From NCBI GenBank assembly GCA_028279685.1, contig JANQNG010000053.1, forward strand, positions 12,347 to 76,346: 64,000 nt of DNA. The letters are read 5' to 3'. Numbering within the stretch: the first letter of the stretch is position 1; every line of letters begins with the position of its first letter. This document shows positions 10,238 to 19,481 of the stretch, one piece after another. The translations under genes and the position numbers were made by a program. The notes beneath the pieces were generated by a model. The model searched no databases, was not told the DNA's origin, and saw only the letters and a program-made list of their open reading frames with translations. The stretch comes from Candidatus Nanoarchaeia archaeon. Lineage in GTDB: Archaea > Nanobdellota > Nanobdellia > Woesearchaeales > SKIA01.

Positions 10238-10339
10238 TCACCTCCAACGAATATATCTATAACCAAGATTCAACTGCTTTCTTGTTGCATTTCTAATCTG
10301 TTCGAATGCCAATCGTTCAATAGTTTTTGTTTCGTTCAT
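10238..10339 (-). CDS. 33-aa basic peptide (MNETKTIERLAFEQIRNATRKQLNLGYRYIRWR)
   Basis: Not in ORF track (below 60 aa); perfect GAGGTGA SD 4 nt before ATG; stop overlaps SD of the downstream acidic ORF. Confidence 0.25.
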   Translation of the reverse strand: MNETKTIERLAFEQIRNATRKQLNLGYRYIRWR

Positions 10340-10439
10340 ATGATCACCTCTAAACTATCTTTGGTAAAAGAAATTTATAAACCTCGCATGGGAATGTCCA
10401 GTGCTAGTAGAAAATATGGCATTAATTATATGGAAAATA

Positions 10440-10766
10440 TTATGGGATTTCTATAGTATCAGCGATAATTGATCTTTTTCCCTTGAAAATGCTAATTCTT
10501 CCTTTCACATTGATAGTTTCATTCGTGAGATTGACTCCATCAAAGAAAATTATGCGCTCTTTGCTTTCTATATGGGCATCGATAAAAGTAATATTTCCTT
10601 TCTTCTCCGTCGAGATCACATTTGCTTTGAAGTAGACTTGTTCATTATCGTCAAAAGCCAAGCTGAATCTTTCTTCATCAGCTAAAATCTTTGAAAAAAT
10701 AAACAAAAATATTAATCCAACCATAGAAATCATCAATGAAATTCTCTTTAAAGTGCGTTCGTGCAT
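10440..10766 (-). CDS. membrane-anchored small protein with OB-fold-like domain
   Basis: N-terminal TM helix then beta-rich segment (NVKGRISIFKGKRSIIADTIEI). Confidence 0.35.
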   Translation of the reverse strand: MHERTLKRISLMISMVGLIFLFIFSKILADEERFSLAFDDNEQVYFKANVISTEKKGNITFIDAHIESKERIIFFDGVNLTNETINVKGRISIFKGKRSIIADTIEIP

Positions 10767-10924
10767 GAATATTCTGAAAAAATAGTTATTAATATATGTT
10801 TGTGATAAAAAATTGTAAATGTTTACGAAGATTTTGAAAAAATCACGATTTAACCTCGTTTTTTCGTGATTTTAACGCTAAAAATAATAACATTTAAAAA
10901 GGATCGGTTCTAAAAATGTATTGT

Positions 10925-10943
10925 TGTGATAGTCATTATCACA
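10925..10943. promoter_or_regulatory. perfect palindrome TGTGATA-GTCAT-TATCACA upstream of Lys-rich gene
   Basis: 7-bp inverted arms with 5-nt spacer, about 30 nt upstream of ATG 10972 and adjacent to GAGGTGA SD. Confidence 0.4.
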
Positions 10944-10971
10944 TAAAAACTGCTATGAGGTGAGCGCACCA

Positions 10972-11316
10972 ATGGCTAAACGAAAAGTTAAAAGAAAAAA
11001 GCCAGTTAGAAGGAAGAAAAAGGCAGTGAAGAAGAAGACCAAAAAGAAGGCTAAGCGAAAAGTTAAGAGAAAGAAGAAAGTAAAGAAGAAGGCTAAGAGA
11101 AAGGTCAAAAGAAAGAAGAAAGCTAAGAAGAAGACCAAGAAAAATGCTAAGAGAAAGGTCAAAAGAAAGAAGAAAGCTAAAAGAAAAGTGAAGAGAAAGA
11201 AGAAAGCTAAGAAGAAGACCAAGAAAAAAGCTAAGAGAAAGGTCAAAAGAAAGAAGAAAGCCAAGAAAAAGGTCAAAAGAAAGAAAAAACCTGCCAAGAG
11301 GAAAAAGAAGAGATAG
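10972..11316 (+). CDS. extremely Lys/Arg-rich tandem-repeat basic protein (putative nucleic-acid-binding)
   Basis: About 114 aa, almost entirely K/R/A/V; unit AKRKVKRKKK repeated about 8 times; GAGGTGA SD 8 nt before ATG 10972 (ORF-track GTG 10960). Confidence 0.6.
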   Translation: MAKRKVKRKKPVRRKKKAVKKKTKKKAKRKVKRKKKVKKKAKRKVKRKKKAKKKTKKNAKRKVKRKKKAKRKVKRKKKAKKKTKKKAKRKVKRKKKAKKKVKRKKKPAKRKKKR

Positions 11317-11332
11317 ACTTCTTTTATTTTTT

Positions 11333-11710
11333 TTATTTATTAACCATTAATTCAATTTCTGTTGTTTTTAGTTCGTATGTGAGTGTGTTAAATATGATTC
11401 TCAGCGTTCTCGTCTGAATCGTATCTTGGACAGTAGCATAACACAGACATTCATAAGAGGTATAGGTGTTGCATCGTACATTGACTATGCGATACTGCTT
11501 TTCTAGTGCTGAAGTTATTTCAGCATCAAGATGTTCACAGAGAGAAGGGTTCTCTTCATGAGTAGAAGGATAATTAAAGAATATCCAGAGAACAATGCCT
11601 ACCATGGCAATGTTGAACAGTATCATAAGAAGGAAAAGCTTCCTATATTGTCGATGTTTTTTCATAGAAAGTACAACATACTTATTGTTTTTATAGTTTC
11701 TGTAGTACAA
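11333..11710 (-). CDS. membrane-anchored Cys-containing hypothetical protein
   Basis: 125 aa, one TM helix, several Cys in ectodomain. Confidence 0.35.
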   Translation of the reverse strand: MYYRNYKNNKYVVLSMKKHRQYRKLFLLMILFNIAMVGIVLWIFFNYPSTHEENPSLCEHLDAEITSALEKQYRIVNVRCNTYTSYECLCYATVQDTIQTRTLRIIFNTLTYELKTTEIELMVNK

Positions 11711-11742
11711 ATTTTTTTATAGTATCAGATATTTCAACCAAC

Positions 11743-12567
11743 ATGAGTGATGTTATAGCATTAATTTGCGATGCCGATCAGACACTAAATCCTGAACTAA
11801 TGCAGAAGCCATTGTTCGAGCATTATGGTGTGACGCCGAAAGATTTTTTTGCTGAGGTTAGCAAAAGAGTAGAATCAATAAGAAAACAAGGAAAAAGAAT
11901 ACAATCTGAGTTGGCATATCTCAATCTGATCTTAGAAAAGATTGCTGATGGAACATTCAAAAATTTGAATGATGTGCTGTTGAGAAAGATAGGAAAGGAT
12001 ATTGAGTTCTGCAAAGGAGTTCCCGCAGTATTTGGGAAGTTAAGGAAATTACTTGCTGCAGAATTTCCTGAAATAAAACTTGAAGTTTATGTAGTGAGCA
12101 GTGGTATGAAAGAATTGCTAATGGGAAGTGCATTGATGACTTGCCCTGAAGAGGAACGTATCAATGATGTGTATGCGTGTGAGTTCCTTGAGAAAAATGA
12201 TGTCTTATCTGAAGTTGTTTTGAATGTCAGTTATACAGAAAAGACCCGTTTCTTATTTGAGATATCGAAGGGAACGGCTAAGGTGAATGAGCGTATTCCT
12301 ATCAAGAGAGTGCCGTTTAAGCAAATGATCTATGTTGGGGATGGATTGAGTGATGTTCCTTGTTTTAGTCTATTAATGGACAATGGAGGACATTGTTTAG
12401 GTATTTATGATCCTGATAATAAAGAATCATATGAGAAAGTAAAGAAATTACTAGATGATAAACGTGTTCATGCTATTGGTCCTTGGGATTACACTGAAAA
12501 AAGCCCTACCTATAAATGGCTTGTTAAAAGAATAAGAAAAATAGCAAAAAACAATAAAATTAATTAA
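11743..12567 (+). CDS. HAD-superfamily hydrolase-like protein
   Basis: N-terminal DADQT (DxDxT motif I) and C-terminal YVGDGLSD (motif IV). Confidence 0.5.
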   Translation: MSDVIALICDADQTLNPELMQKPLFEHYGVTPKDFFAEVSKRVESIRKQGKRIQSELAYLNLILEKIADGTFKNLNDVLLRKIGKDIEFCKGVPAVFGKLRKLLAAEFPEIKLEVYVVSSGMKELLMGSALMTCPEEERINDVYACEFLEKNDVLSEVVLNVSYTEKTRFLFEISKGTAKVNERIPIKRVPFKQMIYVGDGLSDVPCFSLLMDNGGHCLGIYDPDNKESYEKVKKLLDDKRVHAIGPWDYTEKSPTYKWLVKRIRKIAKNNKIN

Positions 12568-14693
12568 GTTGGGCATTGATAGTTGTTAGGCATATTACCA
12601 CTAGACCAATCTACAGATTCATCTGGATCACCAGGAAATGTTCCGCAAGGACATGCTCCATCTGAGCAATCTGCTTCTGTGTAACCATCTGCTTCTGCGC
12701 CACAGGCATTGATGAAGGTTGTGTCTTCAATACCGTTATTGTCAGTATCACAGCAGACAGGTCTCCAGACATACAGTGAACACGGTCTCTCATCATCAGC
12801 AGGCCACAAGAATCGTTCACCACTAAAGAAACCCATTTCTCTTCTTGCAATAGGGATGACAATACCAATGCCGTTACCAGGACAATTCTCCATGCAAGTT
12901 ATCTCAAGGTCTGTGTCACAATCTCCTCCTACACAATCATATGTCCCGAAAGAAACTGACCAGATAGCTTCTGTTTCAGGATGGTTGAGCGTCAGGTCTC
13001 CGTCAATCTCGATATTGCCTGTGATCTTAAGGTCATCGTCAATTTCAACAGGAAGGCTTTCATTCTCCGGTGTTGTGTTTTCATTTCTCATGAAACCTTG
13101 AATATCCATGAGTCCATCGAGAAGCATAGTATTGCTGTAAAAATTACCAGCAAAGAGATTGTTTGTTGAGAATTGGGGAGTCTGCATACTAATCGGTGTA
13201 CAAAGGTCTGTATTGCTGTAGGCATCATCAATATTACCATTACAGTTGTTATCAATACCATCATTACACATCCTAGGCCCATCTTCAATAACTCCTGGAT
13301 TGATGCCTGCTGCAAAATCTTCAAGATCAGTATATTGGTTATCTCCCTGACCAACCATGTAATTATATACTTCGTTGTTTGCATCCATACCAGCAGCAGC
13401 TAATTCATCAATAGTGTCGACACAATCACAGTTATTTACATTTTCAGAGGGATTGTTTCCAACGTAACCATCTCCATCAGTATCAACAACATTTGGATTG
13501 TCTTGAAAATTTTGAGGTCCACAACCCACTCCAAGTATCCACCCATCACAGGCTTGCTCTTGATCATCAATAAGTCCATCACAGTCATTATCAAGACCAT
13601 CATTACAACGTCCAATATCACTTCCTTCTGTTATGCCTGGGTTAACATTGTCTTTTGTGTCGTCACAATCATTGCCTGTTGCTCCTGGGCACGGCTGAGT
13701 TCCACCGCTTGGTTTTCTCCAAACCCCTGAACAAACAAGCGTTTCATCAGGATAGTTGTCAAGATCGTCGTCACAACCCTCATCAATAATGAAATCATTG
13801 TCATTATCAATGTTGTCACAAATTTCAGTAGGAACAACAACATTGTCGTACATCGTAAATAATGAACTGACTTCTGTGCTAGTGAGTGCGTAATTGAAAA
13901 TACGGAGTTCATCAATATATCCTGTGTAGCTTGTCAACGAAGATCCTGCTACAAAGAAGCTTGCTGCATTGGAGAGATCTCTTGCTTCATCAGCGAAGTT
14001 CACCATATCATCATTTTGTGGAATACCATCAATATAGTAAAGTGCTTCTTGATCTCTATCAAAAACCCATACAACATGATGCCATACATTATCGTTCATA
14101 TCCATTGGAGCTGATTGAAGAAGTAAAGCCATGCCATCTTGGTTATCTTGAAATTCTCCTGCCAATCTTCCTGTATTGAAGAAGACTTCATATCCTGGCT
14201 GCATTGTCTCTTTCTTCTGAATAAGCGTTGCTTTTCCGCTTGGATCAGTTGTTTTTACCCATGCAGAAACAGTAAAATCTTGATTGTCCCCTATGTTCAT
14301 TACTGCTGGCCCATAGTTTAAGTAGCTTCCTGCAAATTGCACAGATTGTCCAAATTTACTGGGTTTGTATGAAACACCAGCAGGATCTCCTATTACTGTC
14401 GCTGGAGTACTGCTGACTTTATCATCGGTATCTCCATCCATAACTAAATAAAACAATAAGTTATCACAGAATTCATCAACTTGACCATTGCAGTTATCAT
14501 CTGTTCCGTCAGGACCTCCACCTGGCTTGAAACAAACTTCAAATGCTCCTGGATTGACATTTTCGTTACTTTCACTGCAGTCTTCAGGAACAGTGTATCC
14601 ATCACCATCAGTATCTGTCGCGGCTGAAACAACACCGACGAGAAACAGCATTATAATTAATACAACCATTGTGTTAAAAAGTTTTGCTTTCAT
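12564..14693 (-). CDS. secreted Ca-binding protein with thrombospondin type-3-like repeats and LamG (ConA-like) domain
   Basis: Signal peptide; repeated DTDGDGY / DNDCDGLIDD / CNDGIDNNCNGNIDD; LamG signature IDELRIFNYALTSTEV. Confidence 0.7.
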   Translation of the reverse strand: MKAKLFNTMVVLIIMLFLVGVVSAATDTDGDGYTVPEDCSESNENVNPGAFEVCFKPGGGPDGTDDNCNGQVDEFCDNLLFYLVMDGDTDDKVSSTPATVIGDPAGVSYKPSKFGQSVQFAGSYLNYGPAVMNIGDNQDFTVSAWVKTTDPSGKATLIQKKETMQPGYEVFFNTGRLAGEFQDNQDGMALLLQSAPMDMNDNVWHHVVWVFDRDQEALYYIDGIPQNDDMVNFADEARDLSNAASFFVAGSSLTSYTGYIDELRIFNYALTSTEVSSLFTMYDNVVVPTEICDNIDNDNDFIIDEGCDDDLDNYPDETLVCSGVWRKPSGGTQPCPGATGNDCDDTKDNVNPGITEGSDIGRCNDGLDNDCDGLIDDQEQACDGWILGVGCGPQNFQDNPNVVDTDGDGYVGNNPSENVNNCDCVDTIDELAAAGMDANNEVYNYMVGQGDNQYTDLEDFAAGINPGVIEDGPRMCNDGIDNNCNGNIDDAYSNTDLCTPISMQTPQFSTNNLFAGNFYSNTMLLDGLMDIQGFMRNENTTPENESLPVEIDDDLKITGNIEIDGDLTLNHPETEAIWSVSFGTYDCVGGDCDTDLEITCMENCPGNGIGIVIPIARREMGFFSGERFLWPADDERPCSLYVWRPVCCDTDNNGIEDTTFINACGAEADGYTEADCSDGACPCGTFPGDPDESVDWSSGNMPNNYQCPT

Positions 14694-14835
14694 ATTAACA
14701 TCACCTTCTTGAATCTAATGTTTTTTTGGGAAAGCACTCATTCTAAATCATTGTAAAAAGTAACTCACCCCTTATGGTAAGAACTTTACGCTCTAAATTG
14801 TTTATAAATATTGCGCTTGTAGAAGATATAGATAA

Positions 14836-14924
14836 TGGACCAAGGGGGATTCGAACCCCCGACCTACGGCTCTCCTTCCAGATGATAGAAGGCCGTCGCC
14901 CTATCCAGACTAGGCCACTGGTCC
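14836..14924 (-). tRNA. tRNA-Arg(TCT) with ~14-nt anticodon-loop intron
   Basis: Manual fold: acceptor GGACCAG/TTGGTCC, D-arm GCCT/GGGC, 5-bp anticodon stem ACGGC/GCCGT enclosing CT-TCT-A plus 14-nt insert, AGGTC variable loop, T-arm GGGGG-TTCGAAT-CCCCC, discriminator A, no encoded CCA. Confidence 0.65.
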
Positions 14925-14948
14925 ATAGGGTTTAAAAATGCAAGTCTT

Positions 14949-14956
14949 TATTTAAA
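14949..14956 (-). promoter_or_regulatory. TATA box (TTTAAATA) for the tRNA
   Basis: 24 nt upstream of the tRNA 5' end on the minus strand. Confidence 0.4.
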
Positions 14957-15053
14957 TCTTTTCAAGAGATCAACTTAACCTTATATAAACTCATGAGTAG
15001 TCACAACAGAGAATTTTATAAATGATGATTGTATTCTCTCTCCTGGTGATATT

Positions 15054-16157
15054 ATGACAGAAACTAATGATCCATCCATGATTGTAAAATACTGGGGAGT
15101 ACGAGGAAGTATCCCTACTCCGTTAACTGATGAGGAAATTAGGGAAAAACAGAAAGAGCTTATTAAGAAAGCTGTTGCTGATACTGGCCTTAATTTTATT
15201 AGACATGGAAATCAACAGAATGATAATGCTATTGACGAATTTCTTAATCAATTACCAAGATCAATAACAGGCACCTATGGAGGAGATACAACTTGTGTTG
15301 AGGTGCAAGCAAGAGATTCTCCTTTAGTTATTTTTGATGCAGGTTCGGGAATACGAAGATTGGGAGCCCACCTATTTTTCAACTATATCATGAAAAATAT
15401 GGCTCCAGAAAATATTGACGATATCAATCTTAATCCATTGAACAAAGAAGGAAACTCAAAGAAAGATATCCATATGTTCTTATCGCACTTTCATTGGGAT
15501 CATATACAAGGGTTGCCTTTCTTTGTTCCGGCGTTCCTTCCAAAATATCTGGGAATAAATCTTAGGTTTTATGGTCGGGAAGATGCAGATAATCAAATGT
15601 CTGAAGCATTAAAAGGTCAGCAACAAGATCCTGTGTTTCCTATTAATTGGCATGACTTGCCCTGTGAAAGAGGATATAAAGATCTTCCAAGAATGGATCC
15701 GCAAGAAGTTATTATAGATGAAGATTGTAATCTAAAAATCAATTATACTGAAGTGAATCATCCAGAAGGAGCGTTTGCTTATTCAGTTGAAATTAATAGA
15801 AAGAAATTTGTGTTTGCTACTGATAATGAACCTGGAGCAGTCTTAGATCAGAAATTAGTCAAATTAGCAGAAGGTGCTGATGAGTTGTATGTTGACACAC
15901 AGTATTCTGAGAAAGAGTATCCATCAAAACTTGGTTGGGGACATGGTAGGCCAAAAGATGCGGTTGATTTAGCATTGGCAGCGGGAGTCAAAACACTTAT
16001 TGGTGGACATCATGAGCCTATGAAAAACGATTTTCAGCTTGATGAGATGCACGAAGAGGCAGTCAAATACAAAAATGAGCAATTGAAGCTTCCTGAACAT
16101 GAAGGCAAGAAGCTTGAAATTATTTGGGCTCACCAAGGATTGGAGAGAAGATTATAA
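15054..16157 (+). CDS. metallo-beta-lactamase-fold hydrolase
   Basis: YWGVRGSIP, IFDAGSG and HxHxDH motif (LSHFHWDHIQG). Confidence 0.65.
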   Translation: MTETNDPSMIVKYWGVRGSIPTPLTDEEIREKQKELIKKAVADTGLNFIRHGNQQNDNAIDEFLNQLPRSITGTYGGDTTCVEVQARDSPLVIFDAGSGIRRLGAHLFFNYIMKNMAPENIDDINLNPLNKEGNSKKDIHMFLSHFHWDHIQGLPFFVPAFLPKYLGINLRFYGREDADNQMSEALKGQQQDPVFPINWHDLPCERGYKDLPRMDPQEVIIDEDCNLKINYTEVNHPEGAFAYSVEINRKKFVFATDNEPGAVLDQKLVKLAEGADELYVDTQYSEKEYPSKLGWGHGRPKDAVDLALAAGVKTLIGGHHEPMKNDFQLDEMHEEAVKYKNEQLKLPEHEGKKLEIIWAHQGLERRL

Positions 16158-16240
16158 CATCTCAACACTCATAACTGAGCACTGATAACTGCTATAAGCC
16201 GATATATTTATAAAGGGATTTCTAATCTCTTACTTTTACA

Positions 16241-16648
16241 ATGGGTGATGTTAAACAAGTATCAGTTGGATCATTACAAAAAGGTCGATATTGTGTCATT
16301 GATGATGCTGCCTGCACCGTTGTTGATGTGAAGGTCTCAAGACCTGGAAAGCATGGCCATGCCAAAGTAAACTTAACAGCAGTTGGTATGCTTGATGGCA
16401 AAAAACGCAATGTGATTATGCCTGGGCATGATATGATTGAGTCTCCTGTTATTGATAAGAAAAATGCACAAGTGCTTTCTGTAGAGGGAAATACTGCTAA
16501 TGTAATGGATGCAGAATCATACGAAACCTTTGATCTCAGCATACCTGATGAGCTGCAAGGACAAGTCAAGGAAGGAGATGTTGTTGTCTATTGGGTTATC
16601 CTTGATGACAAAGTAATGAAACAAATCAAAGGAAGCACAGAAGAGTGA
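16241..16648 (+). CDS. eif5a: translation initiation factor 5A (aIF-5A)
   Basis: Hypusination loop SRPGKHGHAK and overall aIF5A architecture. Confidence 0.9.
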   Translation: MGDVKQVSVGSLQKGRYCVIDDAACTVVDVKVSRPGKHGHAKVNLTAVGMLDGKKRNVIMPGHDMIESPVIDKKNAQVLSVEGNTANVMDAESYETFDLSIPDELQGQVKEGDVVVYWVILDDKVMKQIKGSTEE

Positions 16649-16653
16649 TAGTA

Positions 16654-16815
16654 ATGGCAAAATTCGAAGAGGCCCATGCGCGCCTATACAACAATATCTT
16701 TGTCTGCAAACGTTGCAAGTCGAAGATTAGAACAACAAATATGAGAGTTATCGACGGTAAAGTGCGCTGCAGGAAATGTAGCTATCCTAATTTGCGTCCG
16801 ATAAAAAGAAAGTAG
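16654..16815 (+). CDS. rpl40e: ribosomal protein L40e
   Basis: 53-aa MAKFEEAHARLYNNIFVCKRCKSKIRTTNMRVIDGKVRCRKCSYPNLRPIKRK; C4 zinc ribbon with NLRP; not in ORF track. Confidence 0.8.
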   Translation: MAKFEEAHARLYNNIFVCKRCKSKIRTTNMRVIDGKVRCRKCSYPNLRPIKRK

Positions 16816-16852
16816 GGAAATCTTTTTAAATAAGATAGGATGAATTGTTCTT

Positions 16853-18031
16853 ATGGTTTTTGATTGGTTGTGGAATTTTATTGTTAGTTACAAGGAAATA
16901 ATCATCTTCTATTTGATTATTATCATTCTTATTAGAATATTCCGTAAGAGACTTACTTTCCAATCGAAATTCATTGTATTATTGAAGACAAAACTTGGAC
17001 TTGCCTTTATGGAGAAGATTGCCAACAAACATAGAAATATGGTCAAACTCCTCGGATATATTGGCATTGGCATTGGATTCACAGGCATGGTGATTATTTG
17101 TTTTCTTCTTTTGAAAGGATTGTATTCATTGATATTTGTGCCTGAAGCTCCTGCTGTACTCACACCGGTTATTCCTGGTGTTAAAATTCCAGGCAGTCCT
17201 GTGTTTGTGCCATTTTGGTATGGCATTATAGCATTATTTATCGTAGTGGTGGTGCATGAATTTAGTCATGGCGTTGTTGCAAGAGCGCATAATCTCAAAA
17301 TCAAAAGTTCAGGACTGGTAATGTTTGGGCCGTTGTTCGGTGCGTTTGTTGAACCAGAAGAAAAACAACTGACAAAGGCGCAAGATACGAAACAATATTC
17401 TGTTCTTGCTGCAGGACCTTTTTCTAATGTACTTCTCGCTGTTGTTGTTGGGTTGATTATTGTTTTTATTGTTGCACCAATACAAGGCACTATGGAGTAT
17501 AATGCAGGAGTTTCGTTTGTTGATCTTGATCCAGGCTATGGAGCAGAAGCAGCCGGACTTCAGCCCGATGTTGCTTATACGTTTTTTGATGGTAAAGATG
17601 TTTCTTCTGTAGAAGAACTGAGCCTTATGCTCCAATGTAAATCGCCAGGAGAAGAGATAAGAATAGGAAATGAAAAAGGAACATATACAGTGATGCTCAA
17701 TGAGAGTCCTGCGAATCCTGGTAAAGCATATTTAGGTGTTCTTGGGGCAACATCTGCAATGAAACTCAAAGAGGAAAATCTTTCTTTCTTGCATACATTG
17801 CTTCTTGTTTTCCGAAGATTACTCGAATGGGTGGTTGTCCTGAGTCTTGGTATAGGATTAGCGAATCTTCTTCCACTGGGGCCTGTTGATGGTGGTAGGA
17901 TGCTGCTTGTCTCGTTAACTGCTGCCTATGGAAACAAGAAGGGCAAGTTCATTTGGGGAAAGACAAGTATTCTTTGCCTTATTATTATCATCATATTAGT
18001 TCTTGTTCCTATTATTAAAGGTATTTTCTAA
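16853..18031 (+). CDS. site-2 protease (M50 family) with PDZ domain
   Basis: HEFSHG zinc motif in TM helix, NLLPLGPVDGG motif, multiple TM helices. Confidence 0.8.
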   Translation: MVFDWLWNFIVSYKEIIIFYLIIIILIRIFRKRLTFQSKFIVLLKTKLGLAFMEKIANKHRNMVKLLGYIGIGIGFTGMVIICFLLLKGLYSLIFVPEAPAVLTPVIPGVKIPGSPVFVPFWYGIIALFIVVVVHEFSHGVVARAHNLKIKSSGLVMFGPLFGAFVEPEEKQLTKAQDTKQYSVLAAGPFSNVLLAVVVGLIIVFIVAPIQGTMEYNAGVSFVDLDPGYGAEAAGLQPDVAYTFFDGKDVSSVEELSLMLQCKSPGEEIRIGNEKGTYTVMLNESPANPGKAYLGVLGATSAMKLKEENLSFLHTLLLVFRRLLEWVVVLSLGIGLANLLPLGPVDGGRMLLVSLTAAYGNKKGKFIWGKTSILCLIIIIILVLVPIIKGIF

Positions 18032-18063
18032 ATTGTTATAAACTAGATTCTGTTTCTGATGCT

Positions 18064-18738
18064 ATGCATATATCAATTGTCCTTTGGAAACCAGCACATC
18101 CAGGTAATCTAGGTGCTGTAGCAAGAGTAATGGCTAATTTTGGATTTACGAAGCTTATTTTGATTGATCCTGAATGTAGTATTGACCAAGAGGCAAAAAA
18201 TAGAGCTAAGCATGCTCAGAGTATTTTAGAAAATGTTGTTATTTCTGACGAGAAAATTCTTGAAAGATTTGATATGCTTATTGCGACATCAGGAAAACTA
18301 GGATCAGATTATAATATTCCAAGAATCCCATTAACGCCTGCGCAATTAGCTGAAAATATTGGTAAATATAATTGTGCGCTTGTCTTCGGACCGGAAGACA
18401 GTGGATTAACCAATGAACAACTGAAGCGATGTGATTTGCTCGTCCATATTCCTGCTTCAAAAGAATATCCTATCTTTAATCTTTCGCATGCCGTTGGTAT
18501 ATTGCTCTATGAGCTTTTCAAGAAAAATGAAGAGACAACGGTGTCGCATATCTCGTCAGCAACAAAGAAAGAGAAAGAACTTCTTGTTGAAGTGATCGAG
18601 AAGAAACTGAAAACAATGGAATTCACGACAGAAGACAAGAGAGAGACTCAACGAAAGCTCTGGAAAAAAATTATAGGGAAAAGTTTTCTTACAAAAAGAG
18701 AAGCCCAATCACTAATAGGATTTCTTAAAAAAATATAG
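18064..18738 (+). CDS. SPOUT-family (TrmH/TrmJ-like) RNA 2'-O-methyltransferase
   Basis: N-terminal PAHPGNLGAVARVMANFG characteristic of SpoU/TrmJ. Confidence 0.7.
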   Translation: MHISIVLWKPAHPGNLGAVARVMANFGFTKLILIDPECSIDQEAKNRAKHAQSILENVVISDEKILERFDMLIATSGKLGSDYNIPRIPLTPAQLAENIGKYNCALVFGPEDSGLTNEQLKRCDLLVHIPASKEYPIFNLSHAVGILLYELFKKNEETTVSHISSATKKEKELLVEVIEKKLKTMEFTTEDKRETQRKLWKKIIGKSFLTKREAQSLIGFLKKI

Positions 18739-18745
18739 AAGAAAA

Positions 18746-19201
18746 TTATTTCTTCGAAGTGATCTTTGGAAGTTGCACTGGAGGAGGCAGATTAATATCT
18801 CTACTTAAGATTAGTGCCTCCACGTGACATTTAGAAAGTATGGTGTTCATCACGTTTTCCGCTACATCTGGAGAAAGTTTTTTATTCTTCTTCCATTCGG
18901 CAACAATCTTTTTTGCTTCATCAGCGTTACCGAGGTGCACGACCTCTCCATTGATTTGAATTTTCCCAATATTAGGATCATATTTTGAAAGGAATTCAAA
19001 TCCAAATTTTAATCCTGTTTGATCTTTGATGCCTGTCTTGATATCAAGTTCTTCTACAGAAGAAATATTGACATTATTGGAGATACTGATCTTTCCTTTT
19101 GAAGTACCTTCTTTCTTCTCAACGATCATTTTGGTAAAATTAAAGCCTATAACACCCATATTTATCACCTGTACTTTGATATAAGCGATATTGGTCAGCA
19201 T
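18746..19201 (-). CDS. hypothetical protein
   Basis: 151-aa ORF; no family recognised; likely start at internal Met (MGVIGF). Confidence 0.3.
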   Translation of the reverse strand: MLTNIAYIKVQVINMGVIGFNFTKMIVEKKEGTSKGKISISNNVNISSVEELDIKTGIKDQTGLKFGFEFLSKYDPNIGKIQINGEVVHLGNADEAKKIVAEWKKNKKLSPDVAENVMNTILSKCHVEALILSRDINLPPPVQLPKITSKK

Positions 19202-19329
19202 TTTATAAAGTTTGTGTCTCTTAGAAAAGAGATAAATTTATATATAACATATATTAGTATATTATATTGTATACTGAAATACAAAAATGTATATAGGTAT
19301 TCGGAAAAGGCGAAAAGAGGTGAGCAATA

Positions 19330-19479
19330 GTGTTATCAAAAACCGATGCAAATGAACTGATCAAAGAAGCTCAGGAGTATGCTTCAGCTGCCAAAGAGCT
19401 TGCGAAAGCACTTGGTGCTGAAAAAAGAATAAAGACAAGTTTAGAAAAGCTTCAGAATGAAGTATCTTCATTAGCATGA
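19330..19479 (+). CDS. possible small alpha-helical protein (49 aa)
   Basis: GTG start with AGGTGA SD 8 nt upstream; VLSKTDANELIKEAQEYASAAKELAKALGAEKRIKTSLEKLQNEVSSLA. Confidence 0.2.
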   Translation: MLSKTDANELIKEAQEYASAAKELAKALGAEKRIKTSLEKLQNEVSSLA

Positions 19480-19481
19480 AC

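Noticed and set aside
10953-11297. Minus-strand 114-aa Phe/Leu-rich ORF
   Set aside because: Exact antisense of the Lys-rich repeat gene (AAG/AAA codons read as CTT/TTT). The plus-strand gene has the SD and ATG.
12611-14712. Several 60-130-aa ORFs on both strands within 12564-14693
   Set aside because: Inside or antisense to the LamG/TSP3 gene, which has coherent domain structure.
14836-14924. Reading the tRNA as a type-II (Ser/Leu) tRNA with long variable arm
   Set aside because: That fold needs a 9-nt anticodon loop. The intron-containing class-I fold gives canonical arms throughout.
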